NCBI GenBank assembly: GCA_964590105.1
Contig: CAZPYM010000005.1
Location: forward strand, 19,015-83,014
Reading direction: 5' to 3'
Source: an uncultured Gammaproteobacteria bacterium
Lineage (GTDB): Bacteria; Patescibacteriota; Patescibacteriia; UBA11705; JABHMO01
DNA length: 64,000 bases
Both the position numbers and the translations under genes were made by a program. Each line of letters starts with the position of its first letter. Position 1 is the first letter of the stretch. The notes beneath the pieces were generated by a model. That model did not search any database. It saw only the letters and a program-made list of their open reading frames with translations, and was not told the DNA's origin. This document shows positions 34,801 through 44,821 of this stretch, piece after piece.

Positions 34801-37326
34801 ATGTTTGATTTTGAAGTAGATACTTCTAGCGTATTTGATTTATTTTCCGACCCTTTAGTTTTAATGGGATTAGGACTTGTAGTTCTAATTTTTTTGTTGG
34901 TTATTGCGATTATAATAATTAGGCATATTGTTTTAGGAAAAAATAAAGTTTCCAAATCATTTGCCCGCAAAATATTACTGGTCACAGTGCCAAAACAAAC
35001 CGAGGAAAAGGCTGACGCGGCCCTGCCTAATTTGCAACAGATACAGGAAAAGATAGGCGTGACAGAATCATTTTTTTCCACTATTGCCGGCCTTCCATCA
35101 GAAAAAGGGATTAAAGCTTGGTTTTCCGGACATAAAGATGTTTTTTCTCTGGAAATTGTGGTGGTGGACGGCAAAATAAATTTTTTCATTGCTGTGCCGG
35201 CTCATCTTCTTGAATATGTTCAGGAGCAAATCAATGCTCAGTTCACTCATGCTTTTATTGAGGAAGTGCCAGATTATAACATGTTTTCACCAAAAGGATT
35301 TATCAAAGGCAGAATGATGCATTTCAAAAGTCCGGATTTTTTACCGATCAAAACATACAAGAAAATGGAAGCTGATCCTTTGAATGCGCTGACCAATGCG
35401 CTTAGTAAAATTGATGAGCATGATGGCGCGGCCATTCAAATCATTATAAAATCAGCGCCGCCGTCATGGAGAGCGCTCGGCGTGAAAGTGGCGTCAAAAA
35501 TGCAGCAAGGTAAAAAATATGAAGACGCGTTAAAAGACGTCAAGGGCGGTCCGTCCAAGTGGATCAGTGATATTTTTAAGACGACAAAAACCAAGAGCCC
35601 GGATCAACAGCAGACCCAGCCGGAACAATATCGTCTGACGCCGCAGGAAGAAGAAATGGTCAAGGGGATTGAAGAAAAAGCCAGCAAAGCAGGCGTTAAT
35701 GCTAATATCAGAATCGTTGTTTCGAGTGAAAATCAAACCAGGCTGGATGGGTATCTAAATAATTTAACCAATGCTTTCAGTCAATACAATATTTATAATT
35801 ACGGAAATTCATTTGAGCCGCTGGACCGGCCGATGAAAAAATTAATTAATGATTTTATTTATCGTAATTACGATGAAGGCCGGAGTTTTGTCCTGAATAC
35901 CGAAGCCCTGGCCAGTATTTATCATTTGCCTATTCCGCGAATTAATGACGCGCCAAATATCCGCTGGCTGGAGGCCAGAAAAGCGCCACCGCCCTCGAAT
36001 ATTCCGAAGGAAGGCGTCCTGCTCGGATACAATCTTTATCGTGGTAAAAGAACAGATATTAGAATGACTCGTGAAGACAGACGACGGCATGTGTATACTC
36101 TTGGTATGACCGGAACCGGTAAATCATGGTTGATCATGGGTATGTGTATGCAGGACATTGCCAATGGCGATGGCTGTTGCTATATTGATCCGCACGGCGA
36201 CGCGATAGACCATATTTTAAAACGGATACCAAAAGAAAGAGCTGAAGATGTTGTTCTTCTTGATCCGGGAGATATTACAAGACCAATCGGTTTGAATTTG
36301 CTTGAATTTAAAACGCAAGAACAAAAAACATTTGCCATAAATGAAATAATGGCTATTTTTGATAAGTTGTATGATTTGAAATCTACCGGCGGACCAATGT
36401 TTGAACAATATTTCAAAAATGCCGCCGCACTAATTATGGCTGATCCAGAGTCAGGTTCTACGTTAATGGAAATTTCTCGCGTCTTGGCGGATGATGATTT
36501 TAGAAAATATAAATTATCAAAGTGCGCAGATCAACTGGTTAAGGATTTTTGGGAAAAAGAAGCGCAAAAAGCCGGCGGCGAAGCTTCGCTCGCCAATATG
36601 GTTCCATATATTACCAGCAAAATGTCACCGTTTATTAGTAATGATTTTGTGCGCCCTATTATTTCACAGCAAAACAGTACTATTGATTTTGCTGAGATAA
36701 TGAATTCACAAAAAATATTATTGGTTAAGTTGGCTAAAGGTAAAATTGGCCAGATTAATTCTGATTTACTGGGTATGATTGTTATAGGCAAACTTTTGAT
36801 GGCTGCGCTCGCTCGAGGCGATATGGCGGAAGAAGAAAGAAAAGATTTCTATCTTTATGTTGATGAATTCCAGAATTATTTGACAGACAGTATGGAAATT
36901 ATTTTGTCAGAAGCCAGAAAATACCGTTTGTGTTTAGGCATTGCTCATCAGTACGTTGGTCAATTAGTTAAAAGTGGAGACACGAAGTTCAAGGACGCAA
37001 TTTTTGGCAACGTGGGCACCAAATGTTCATTCAGAATCGGCGTTGATGATGCGGAAGCTCTGACCAAGGAATTTGCCGGCGTGTTTAATGAAAGCGATTT
37101 TCTTAATTTACCGGCTTATAATTGTTATGTGAAATTATTGATTGATAATGCGAATCCGCCCGGCTTTAATATGGCGTCAAATACTCCGGATCAAATTCCC
37201 GGTTTACCAAAATCTAATCCGCAGTTGGCTGAGGCTATTAAGAAATTATCAAAATTAAAACATGGCAAAGACCCAGAGATTATTGCTATGGAGATTAAGG
37301 AAAGACAAGCGAAGACGTTTAGCTAA
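34801..37326 (+). CDS. VirD4/TraG-TraD-like (HerA/FtsK superfamily) membrane ATPase
   Basis: N-terminal TM, GMTGTGKS, IDPHGD, YVDEFQ, EARKY, AHQY. Confidence 0.85.
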   Translation: MFDFEVDTSSVFDLFSDPLVLMGLGLVVLIFLLVIAIIIIRHIVLGKNKVSKSFARKILLVTVPKQTEEKADAALPNLQQIQEKIGVTESFFSTIAGLPSEKGIKAWFSGHKDVFSLEIVVVDGKINFFIAVPAHLLEYVQEQINAQFTHAFIEEVPDYNMFSPKGFIKGRMMHFKSPDFLPIKTYKKMEADPLNALTNALSKIDEHDGAAIQIIIKSAPPSWRALGVKVASKMQQGKKYEDALKDVKGGPSKWISDIFKTTKTKSPDQQQTQPEQYRLTPQEEEMVKGIEEKASKAGVNANIRIVVSSENQTRLDGYLNNLTNAFSQYNIYNYGNSFEPLDRPMKKLINDFIYRNYDEGRSFVLNTEALASIYHLPIPRINDAPNIRWLEARKAPPPSNIPKEGVLLGYNLYRGKRTDIRMTREDRRRHVYTLGMTGTGKSWLIMGMCMQDIANGDGCCYIDPHGDAIDHILKRIPKERAEDVVLLDPGDITRPIGLNLLEFKTQEQKTFAINEIMAIFDKLYDLKSTGGPMFEQYFKNAAALIMADPESGSTLMEISRVLADDDFRKYKLSKCADQLVKDFWEKEAQKAGGEASLANMVPYITSKMSPFISNDFVRPIISQQNSTIDFAEIMNSQKILLVKLAKGKIGQINSDLLGMIVIGKLLMAALARGDMAEEERKDFYLYVDEFQNYLTDSMEIILSEARKYRLCLGIAHQYVGQLVKSGDTKFKDAIFGNVGTKCSFRIGVDDAEALTKEFAGVFNESDFLNLPAYNCYVKLLIDNANPPGFNMASNTPDQIPGLPKSNPQLAEAIKKLSKLKHGKDPEIIAMEIKERQAKTFS

Positions 37327-37373
37327 AAAGAAGAAGTGAATATTAAAAAACAAAAATAAAAATAAAAACAAAT

Positions 37374-38018
37374 ATGTTTTGGTTTTTCAAAAAAAACAAG
37401 ATTGAAGAAAAAGAAGTAGAAAAAGAAAAAGTTACCAAAAAAAGCGTCGGTAAAAAGGCTAGCTCAAAAATGACTAATGCCCAAATTTTGCAAGCTTTGA
37501 ATCAAATGCAAAAAGAACTTGAGCGATTGAAACTGGCAGTGGGCGGTGGCGCGGTAGCGGTACCTGAAAGCGATGCCGACAAGATTGTGGAACAAGCTTT
37601 GGGCGAAATCCAGAGTCGGACTGAGGCTGTGCAGAAAAGCGGCAGTGAAAAAATTATTGAAGGAGTTTTTGATGGTCAGGGCATGGTGGGCGCGGATGGC
37701 GCGCGTTATGACGTGCCGGCAAATTATGCTTCCAAGTCAAAACTGGTTGAGGGCGACATTCTGAAGCTGACGATAAATAACATGGGAGCTTTTGTCTATA
37801 AACAAATAAAACCGATTGAACGTGAACGGATTGTTGGAATATTGGATCAGGACCCGCAAAATCTACAGTTTTACGCTACGGCCGGCGGAAAAAAATGGAA
37901 GCTGATTACCGCCAGCGTTACATATTTCAAGGGCGAATCCGGCGACGAAGTCGTTTTTCTGATACCGGCAGAAGGCGGGAGCAAATGGGCGGCAGTGGAG
38001 AATATTGTTAAAAAGTAG
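37374..38018 (+). CDS. Hypothetical protein
   Basis: IIEGVFDGQ...VPANYASKSKLVEGD motif recalled from CPR proteins (not searched). Confidence 0.7.
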   Translation: MFWFFKKNKIEEKEVEKEKVTKKSVGKKASSKMTNAQILQALNQMQKELERLKLAVGGGAVAVPESDADKIVEQALGEIQSRTEAVQKSGSEKIIEGVFDGQGMVGADGARYDVPANYASKSKLVEGDILKLTINNMGAFVYKQIKPIERERIVGILDQDPQNLQFYATAGGKKWKLITASVTYFKGESGDEVVFLIPAEGGSKWAAVENIVKK

Positions 38019-38030
38019 AGAGGATGAATA

Positions 38031-38067
38031 ATCCCTCGATTCGTCGTTCCTCTTTGCTCGGGACGAC
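38031..38067. repeat. REP-like palindromic element
   Basis: Minus strand gtcgtcccgagc...tcgagggat, GTCATCCCGAGC-type repeat. Confidence 0.4.
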
Positions 38068-38117
38068 AAAGAGGAGGAAGAAACAGGATAAGCGATTCAC
38101 GCTACGCGATTAAAAAT

Positions 38118-38147
38118 AAAAAGCGCTCCGTCATGGCGGGGCGCTTT
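38118..38147 (-). terminator. Terminator of mtnP
   Basis: aaaagcgctccg/cggggcgcttt hairpin. Confidence 0.65.
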
Positions 38148-38154
38148 GTAGTGG

Positions 38155-39033
38155 TTAAGCCAGCAAAAGCTGGTATTTTTCCAGCTGATATTCGGGAACT
38201 GCTTTCAGATCAGAGTGAATGGCGAAGCCGCTAAGGGCCCGGCCGCAACCGCATTGGTCTGAAACGATCACTTTGGCAAGGCCGGTGATGATCGGCGCTA
38301 TGAGCGGCTTGAAAGGTTCAAGTCCGGCAACCACTTCATCCGCGTCAACGCCTTTTTCGTCCATTCTCCAGGAATCATAGTCTGCCGGCAGGCAAATGAC
38401 TGCGTAGCACAATTGCGCTTCGCGCGCCAGTCTGGCTTCCGGCATGGCGGTCATGCCGACCACGTAAGCCTGGAGCGAATTTTTGAAGAAAAGCGATTCT
38501 GCTCTGGTTGAATAATTCGGCCCCTCAATGACTACATAGGTGCCATTGGCTTGTAGCGCGGTGGGGTTTCTTGAAGTAGACAATAGTCTAATCAAACAGG
38601 CGTGGAAAGCTGGACAGAACGGATCAGCCAGACTGACATGCGCCACCACATCATTGTCGCCTTGAAAAAAAGTGCGCGGACGAAGGCCGCGGGTAAAGTC
38701 AAACAACTGCGTTGGAATAACCAGGGTTTCTCCCGGCACGATATGTTCCTGCAGACTGCCCACGGCGCTGATAGACAGCAGGTGAGTGACGCCGCAGTGC
38801 TTCATTGCCCAGACGTTGGCCCGGTAGTTGATACTCGACGGACTGTAGACATGTCCGGCCCCATGCCGATTCAGGATGAAGGCAAAGTAGCCATTATCAA
38901 GCTGGACTTGCTTGATAGTGTCAGATGGCTGGCCAAATGGGGTTTCAATCTCGAATTCATCAATCACGGGGAAGGGTAAATGAACAAGAGCTGTCCCTCC
39001 GAAGATTCCTAGAATCGGCGATTTTGCGGTCAT
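38155..39033 (-). CDS. mtnP: S-methyl-5'-thioadenosine phosphorylase
   Basis: TPFGQPSD, RHG..H, NYRANVWA, AVGSL, EGP..STRAES, GMT.MPEA.LARE, DYD.W; GGAGG SD before ATG 39033. Confidence 0.9.
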   Translation of the reverse strand: MTAKSPILGIFGGTALVHLPFPVIDEFEIETPFGQPSDTIKQVQLDNGYFAFILNRHGAGHVYSPSSINYRANVWAMKHCGVTHLLSISAVGSLQEHIVPGETLVIPTQLFDFTRGLRPRTFFQGDNDVVAHVSLADPFCPAFHACLIRLLSTSRNPTALQANGTYVVIEGPNYSTRAESLFFKNSLQAYVVGMTAMPEARLAREAQLCYAVICLPADYDSWRMDEKGVDADEVVAGLEPFKPLIAPIITGLAKVIVSDQCGCGRALSGFAIHSDLKAVPEYQLEKYQLLLA

Positions 39034-39154
39034 GATTCCTCCATTTGTTGTTCGAAAAAAATACACAAACAAAAATATTTTACAGCAATAACTGAGATAA
39101 AGCAAGGCATTTATCCGGGTTGATTTTAAAGTATTTATTTGGTAAGATGTTCCT

Positions 39155-39193
39155 GTAACGCATAACGCGTAGCGTGTAACGCATAATGCATAA
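39155..39193. repeat. Heptamer tandem repeat (TAACGCA-like)
   Basis: taacgca taacgcg tagcgtg taacgca taatgca. Confidence 0.7.
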
Positions 39194-39201
39194 TTTTTTC
39201 T

Positions 39202-40857
39202 ATGTCAATCGCATTATATAGGAAATACAGGCCAAAAACTTTTGCCGAGGTTTCCGGACAAAATCATATTAAGATTACTTTGCAAAATGAAATTGAGTCC
39301 GACCGGGTGGTCCATGCTTATCTTTTTTGCGGTCCTCGGGGAACCGGCAAGACCACTTTAGCCAGACTGTTGGCCAAGTCTGTCAATTGCCTGGATATTC
39401 AACCTGGCGGAGAGCCTTGCAACAAGTGCCAGAGTTGTCTTGACCTGATTGATAATAAAGCTCTTGATATTATTGAAATTGATGCTGCTTCCCATACCGG
39501 AGTTGATAATGTGCGCGAAAACGTTATTCAAAACGCTCGTTTTACGCCGACGAAAAATAAGTTTAAAGTTTTTATTATAGATGAAGTGCACATGCTATCC
39601 ACTCAAGCATTTAACGCGCTGTTAAAGACTCTGGAAGAGGCGCCAAAGCATGTGATATTTATTTTGGCTACTACTGAAGCTCACAAAGTACCGAGTACGA
39701 TTATTTCGCGTTGCCAAAGATTTGATTTCAAAAAAATAAATTTCCCTGAATTGGTGGATCGTCTGAAATGGATTCTTAGCATGGAAGAGGTGCGAGTTGA
39801 TGAAAAAGTACTCTTCATGATCGCCAAACAATCCGGCGGTTGCGTACGCGACGCGGAGAGTTTATTGGAACAGGTCATGTCACTTGGTGAAAAAAACATT
39901 ACCCTGGAACAGGCAGAATTGATTTTGCCGCAGGCGGATTTTGATTTGCTTTACAATTTGTTTTCCTGCATTGTCAAGAGGCAAACCGCGACGGCCATTG
40001 AGCTCGTTAATAAGTTGGTGGCCGATGGAATTGATATTGTGATCTTCACTAATGATTTTATTGAATTTTCGCGCCGGATTCTATTGTACAAAATCAATGG
40101 CAATCTGGAAGAATTTTCCAGAGAGATTGAAGATTCAGTAGCCGAAAAAATATTGCAATTGCTACCTCAAGTTTCAGAAGAAAGAATTGTGTCAATAATT
40201 ATGAAATTTATCAGCAGTAAGGAACTATTCAAGCAAAGTTATATTGTTCAGTTGCCTTTGGAAATCGCCATATTTGAATTGACCAGTACCGGCGGTGGCA
40301 GTCGGGTCCCGGAACCTAATTTAAAGCCAAAGGAAACATCGCCTGCTCAGCCGGTTTATCAGTCATTACCGGAGCCAGACAAAGCAGTGGCGGCGGAAAA
40401 GTCGGTCGTAACCTCGGCGGAAGCAACCGGGGAAGCTTCCGCGCCCGAAGAACAACAGCCTGAAGCGCAGGCGCAAGTAACCGGTCCGATTGATTTGACT
40501 GTGATTAATAGTATGTGGGGCAAGTTTCTAGAACTTGTAAAAGTGCAGAATTATTCTCTTTATATGTCGCTTCGCATGGGCAAGCCGATTTCTTTTGAAG
40601 GCAATGTTTTGTGTTTGGGCTTTATCTTTGAATTGCAAAAGCAAAGAATTGAATCCCATGAAAACAAAAAAATTATTGCCCAAATTTTTCAGCAGCTATT
40701 TTCCGAGCGCATTGAATATGAAACAAGGATTGAGCCTAGTTTGACCCTGGCTGATTTTTCCAATCACCAGAATGACAGTTCGCCGGCGCCAATGTTTGAA
40801 AATTCAATATCTGACTTGGCCAGCGAGTTTGACGGGGAAGTGGTTGATGAAATCTAA
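39202..40857 (+). CDS. dnaX: DNA polymerase III subunit gamma/tau
   Basis: LYRKYRP, GPRGTGKT, EIDAAS, IDEVHML, SRCQ. Confidence 0.97.
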   Translation: MSIALYRKYRPKTFAEVSGQNHIKITLQNEIESDRVVHAYLFCGPRGTGKTTLARLLAKSVNCLDIQPGGEPCNKCQSCLDLIDNKALDIIEIDAASHTGVDNVRENVIQNARFTPTKNKFKVFIIDEVHMLSTQAFNALLKTLEEAPKHVIFILATTEAHKVPSTIISRCQRFDFKKINFPELVDRLKWILSMEEVRVDEKVLFMIAKQSGGCVRDAESLLEQVMSLGEKNITLEQAELILPQADFDLLYNLFSCIVKRQTATAIELVNKLVADGIDIVIFTNDFIEFSRRILLYKINGNLEEFSREIEDSVAEKILQLLPQVSEERIVSIIMKFISSKELFKQSYIVQLPLEIAIFELTSTGGGSRVPEPNLKPKETSPAQPVYQSLPEPDKAVAAEKSVVTSAEATGEASAPEEQQPEAQAQVTGPIDLTVINSMWGKFLELVKVQNYSLYMSLRMGKPISFEGNVLCLGFIFELQKQRIESHENKKIIAQIFQQLFSERIEYETRIEPSLTLADFSNHQNDSSPAPMFENSISDLASEFDGEVVDEI

Positions 40858-40903
40858 TTTATCTGTTATTATATTTTCGAAAATAAAAGCTTTTCCGTAG
40901 AGC

Positions 40904-40974
40904 TCGGAGGTCGTCTAATGGTAGGACGACAGGTTCTGGCCCTGTTAATCTAGGTTCGATTCCTAGCCTCCGAG
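40904..40974 (+). tRNA. tRNA-Gln (CTG), CCA not encoded
   Basis: tcggagg/cctccga acceptor, acagg-ttCTGgc-cctgt anticodon arm, ctagg-ttcgatt-cctag T-arm. Confidence 0.92.
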
Positions 40975-41011
40975 CTTTGCTGAAAAGTTTAGCCCAATTC
41001 AGAGATATAAG

Positions 41012-41049
41012 AAAAGAGCCTCATGATCGAAGGCTCTTTTCTTTTTTTT
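41012..41049. terminator. Bidirectional terminator
   Basis: aaaagagcct.../aggctctttt with T-runs. Confidence 0.7.
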
Positions 41050-41057
41050 ACGTTTTT

Positions 41058-42017
41058 TTAATTATTGAACGGACCTTGTATCTTGATTTTTTTACTGGCA
41101 TCTTTGCGGGCTTGCTCAGTGACCCAACGTCGTTTTGTAGGATCAACGTTGGCGCTGTGCTCTGGATAAGCTTCTTCAGCTTCCTTGGCGGCCACTCGGT
41201 CTTTTTTTCGGCTGAATAATTTTTTGAACCAGCCAAATGGACCTTTCAGGCTTTTTTCATATTCATTAGCCCCAGCCTCCAGCTTTTGCGCGGCAGCGAT
41301 TCTGTCAGCTTCAGCTCGAGCCAATTCTTTTTGTCTGTCTAGTTTAGCTTTGGCCGCGTCTTCTACTTCGCTGGCCTCAATGTCGGTTTTTATTTCCGCC
41401 ACTTGCTGTTCAAGGCTTTTCTTTTTCGGCAGTTCAATGCCTTCCCAGCGGGCTTCAAGCTCATTTCTGGCTTTGATGTCATCAGCTGCGCCTTCGTTTA
41501 ACAATTTTAGGGTTTCCTGTAGATCTGAAATTTCTTTTTGCATTTCAGCGGCCTGCTTGCGTAAGCTATTTAGTTCAAATACCTTGTCCGTTGCCTCTAA
41601 TCTCTGGGCGGCGGTACTATTTTTTTTGTCCATTTGCATGGCATCGTACTTTTCATAATCAGCATCAATGTCGCCGTTCAGTTCATAAAATTTGGCTAGT
41701 TTTTCCGAAGCCTGAACCAATTTGGTGGTGTTGTACCATTTTTTGTAAAGAGTTGTGGTTTTGTCCCAGCCCTTTGTGCCCATTGAGCGCATGTATTTTT
41801 GATTTTCCTGAAATAAAGCGTTTGCCTCAGCCGCAGCTTTGGTTTGTATGTCTTCGTACAGCTTAATTTGAGGAGCTGATACAAAAATTGATCGATCAAC
41901 AGCTTCTTTTTCACGGCCTTCACCTTCGACCGTATCTAGAGCGGCTTTTTCCTGATCAGCTAATTCACTTTTACTTTTTTTTAATTCTTCTGTTTTCATA
42001 GGATTTTCTATTGACAT
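41058..42017 (-). CDS. Hypothetical coiled-coil protein
   Basis: 319-aa E/K/A-rich ORF. Confidence 0.75.
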   Translation of the reverse strand: MSIENPMKTEELKKSKSELADQEKAALDTVEGEGREKEAVDRSIFVSAPQIKLYEDIQTKAAAEANALFQENQKYMRSMGTKGWDKTTTLYKKWYNTTKLVQASEKLAKFYELNGDIDADYEKYDAMQMDKKNSTAAQRLEATDKVFELNSLRKQAAEMQKEISDLQETLKLLNEGAADDIKARNELEARWEGIELPKKKSLEQQVAEIKTDIEASEVEDAAKAKLDRQKELARAEADRIAAAQKLEAGANEYEKSLKGPFGWFKKLFSRKKDRVAAKEAEEAYPEHSANVDPTKRRWVTEQARKDASKKIKIQGPFNN

Positions 42018-42270
42018 AATTATTTCTTAGTTCGATGAATTAAATTAGCAAAATTATATAAGTTAAATACTTTAATTTATTATATCAAAATTAAAGGAAA
42101 TTATCTAGTTTTTACTATATAATTATAGCATATGTAAATATATTTGTCAATACGTTGGCTAAAATTAGTTAAAATTGCTCATTGGCAGGATAATTTTTTT
42201 GTAATATAATAGGGGCATAAACCTGAATGATCAACAAAGAATCGTAGATTATTATCAGCTCTATTAAAAT

Positions 42271-42660
42271 ATGGATTATTTTAACGAACTCAAATTATTA
42301 AACTTGCCGCCGGGAAAATTTGCGATTTTTGGTAGTGGTCCCATGGCTGTCAGGGGAATTAGAAATTCCGCTGATCTTGATATTATTGTAAAGCAGGATT
42401 TATGGCAAGCGCTCGTTATTAAGTTTCCGCTGGCTTTGCAGCACAATCCAACTTGTCTCGAAATTGGCAATATTCAAATTTACAAAGATTGGCTTGAACT
42501 ATCAGATAGAATTGATGAAATGATTGATAGCGCGGAGATAATCAAAGGATTTCCTTTTGTTCAGCTTAAATATGTTGTGCAATGGAAAAAGCAGTTTGGC
42601 AGGGAAAAAGATATTAAGGATATCGAATTAATTCAAAAATATAATAATGATCATAAATAA
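42271..42660 (+). CDS. Minimal nucleotidyltransferase-like protein
   Basis: IFGSGPM...R...DLDIIV; C-terminal GREKD..D. Confidence 0.6.
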   Translation: MDYFNELKLLNLPPGKFAIFGSGPMAVRGIRNSADLDIIVKQDLWQALVIKFPLALQHNPTCLEIGNIQIYKDWLELSDRIDEMIDSAEIIKGFPFVQLKYVVQWKKQFGREKDIKDIELIQKYNNDHK

Positions 42661-42709
42661 ACATTGTAAAAAACATTGGGATTTAGAGACACTTATTATT
42701 CGGGAAAAT

Positions 42710-43885
42710 ATGTATAAGCAATTTAACGCAATTATTATTCACTACGATGAAATAGGTTTAAAAGGAAAAAACCAGAAATTTTTTATTGGTCGCTTGATCA
42801 GTAATGTTCAGAAGCTTTACTCGAACATTGATTCGGCAAAAAAGATACAGGTTAAAAAAGGCGAGGGCAAAATAATTATTTCAGGGAATATTCAGAAAGA
42901 TAATTTTGATAAAATGGCTCTGTTGCCGGGAATTTCCAATTTTGCGCCGGCAATTGTCTGTGGCACTAAGCTGGAGGATATTAAACAAGCAGCCAATCAA
43001 ATTGTTCAAAATTATCAACCAAAAACATTTAAAATTGAAACAACCAGAAGTTATAAACAGTTTGAATTGAACTCACAAGAATTGAGCAGGGAAGTCGGCG
43101 GTTATGTTCTTGCCGGGGGGCGTGATTTGAGTGTTGATCTTCACAAACCAGACCTAACCATAAAAATTGAGCTGGCAAAAATTCAAACCTGTGTTCTTGG
43201 GAAAAAAGAGCAGGGGATTGGCGGCTTGCCGGTCGGGACTGCGGGCAGGGTGATTTGTCTGCTTTCCGGCGGCATTGATAGTCCGGTGGCGGCATCGCAA
43301 ATAATGAAAAGAGGAGCGCAAGTGATTTTCGCGCATTTTCATAATCAAACTATTAATAAAAAAGGAGTGGAGAACAAAATCAAAAATATTGTCCGACGCT
43401 TGGCGCGGATTCAGGGAGAATCGACTTTGTACATTATTCCATTTGCTGATTTGCAGAGGCAGGTGATCGCCGGCATTCCCGCGGACTTACGAATGATAGT
43501 CTATCGAAGGTTAATGTTTAGAATTGCCGAGCGGATTGCTGTCAATGAAAAAGCCAAAGCTCTTGTCACTGGCGATAGTTTGTCGCAGGTCGCTTCGCAA
43601 ACTCTGGAAAATTTGGAAGTTATTTATAATGCTTCAAATATGCTGAAGCTGGCGCCTCTGATCGGTATGAATAAAATTGAGATTACAAATTTGGCTAAGA
43701 AAATTGGAACTTACGATGTTTCCGTGGAGCCGTATGAAGATTGTTGCAACCTGATGATCGCCAAGCACCCGGAGACTCATTCTAAGCTAAAAGATGTGTT
43801 AAAGGCGGAGGGTAATTTGGATGTTAAGAGTTTGATTGAAGAGGCTGTTATTAATTCACAATTATTAATTGAATTTCCAATGTAA
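42710..43885 (+). CDS. thiI: tRNA 4-thiouridine synthase (THUMP + PP-loop)
   Basis: EIGLKGKN, GGLPVG, LLSGGIDSPVA, GDSLSQVASQT, EDCC. Confidence 0.93.
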   Translation: MYKQFNAIIIHYDEIGLKGKNQKFFIGRLISNVQKLYSNIDSAKKIQVKKGEGKIIISGNIQKDNFDKMALLPGISNFAPAIVCGTKLEDIKQAANQIVQNYQPKTFKIETTRSYKQFELNSQELSREVGGYVLAGGRDLSVDLHKPDLTIKIELAKIQTCVLGKKEQGIGGLPVGTAGRVICLLSGGIDSPVAASQIMKRGAQVIFAHFHNQTINKKGVENKIKNIVRRLARIQGESTLYIIPFADLQRQVIAGIPADLRMIVYRRLMFRIAERIAVNEKAKALVTGDSLSQVASQTLENLEVIYNASNMLKLAPLIGMNKIEITNLAKKIGTYDVSVEPYEDCCNLMIAKHPETHSKLKDVLKAEGNLDVKSLIEEAVINSQLLIEFPM

Positions 43886-43949
43886 GTCGTAGTTGAAAAT
43901 TGAAAATTATAAATTTATTGAAAAATAAAAATTGGAAATTCGAAATCAT

Positions 43950-44141
43950 ATGGAATGTAGGCAAAACAAAAATCTAAAACATTGCAACTGCGCTTATGAG
44001 CCTTGCCCGCGCAAGGGAATTTGCTGCGAGTGCTTGAAATATCACTTGAAGAACAGAGAACTGCCGGCGTGTTGTTTTTCAGCTGAAGAGGAAAAGACTT
44101 TTGACCGGTCAATTGAGACCTTTATAAGGAGTAATTCTTAG
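43950..44141 (+). CDS. Small Cys-rich protein (DUF6485-like)
   Basis: CNC.Y.PC.RKG.CCEC..YH....ELPAC.F. Confidence 0.7.
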   Translation: MECRQNKNLKHCNCAYEPCPRKGICCECLKYHLKNRELPACCFSAEEEKTFDRSIETFIRSNS

Positions 44142-44278
44142 GTTTGGGGAAGTGCGGGGGAGTCGGATGTTCATTCTTCTGAGGCGGGGGAGTAGCCACT
44201 TCCTTTTTTTATTTTATTCGTAGCCATTTGTAGATTTATATCAGATTAGTAATCGGGCGCTTGCCTGTGGATAACTTT

Positions 44279-44327
44279 TTGACCCGCAACCCTATCAATA
44301 ATACAATGCAGATAGGAATTATTCTTA
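44279..44327 (+). promoter_or_regulatory. Promoter TTGACC-N17-TACAAT with 7-1-7 Fur/PerR-type inverted repeat at the start site
   Basis: taggaat-t-attctta at 44313-44327, upstream of the Fur-family gene. Confidence 0.55.
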
Positions 44328-44351
44328 ATAATGTAATTTGTTTATATACTT

Positions 44352-44756
44352 ATGCCAGATTTTCAGTTTAAACCTCGCACAACCAATCAACGCCAAGTGA
44401 TTTACGATTATGTTGTGGCTACTTCCCTATCGCATCCGACTGCTGAAATAATTTTTCAGGCAGTGAGAAAGAAATTGTCGCGGATCAGTTTTGGTACTGT
44501 TTACAGAAATCTGCTGGTTTTGGAAGGGCAAGGATTGATTGTACCTCTATATTACACAAAAGATCACGTCAGGTATGACGCGATAGTTGACAATCATTAT
44601 CATTTTATCTGCCAGAAATGCGATAAAGTGAAAAATGTTAGTTTGGAGGAGATGCTGGAATTGGAAAAGCAAATTGCAAAAAGGCATGGTTGGGAAGTCA
44701 CGGGGCATGCTTTGTATTTTTATGGTGTTTGCGCGGATTGCCGGCAGGTAAAATAA
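44352..44756 (+). CDS. Fur/PerR family transcriptional repressor
   Basis: T.QR, HPTA, TVYRNL, HYHFIC..C, G.C..C. Confidence 0.92.
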   Translation: MPDFQFKPRTTNQRQVIYDYVVATSLSHPTAEIIFQAVRKKLSRISFGTVYRNLLVLEGQGLIVPLYYTKDHVRYDAIVDNHYHFICQKCDKVKNVSLEEMLELEKQIAKRHGWEVTGHALYFYGVCADCRQVK

Positions 44757-44781
44757 GAAGTTAAAATAATTTCAAATAAAT

Positions 44782-44808
44782 AAAAAAACCTGCAAGACGA
44801 GGTTTTTT
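44782..44808. terminator. Bidirectional terminator
   Basis: aaaaaaacct...aggtttttt. Confidence 0.6.
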
Positions 44809-44821
44809 ATTATTTTAATTA

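Noticed and set aside
34801-37326. Conjugative element
   Set aside because: Lone VirD4-like ATPase among housekeeping genes, with no relaxase or mating-pair genes
39202-40857. dnaX programmed -1 frameshift
   Set aside because: No A-AAA-AAG slippery site with downstream hairpin was seen
44266-44274. Replication origin
   Set aside because: Only one perfect DnaA box, no cluster, and no dnaA/dnaN nearby
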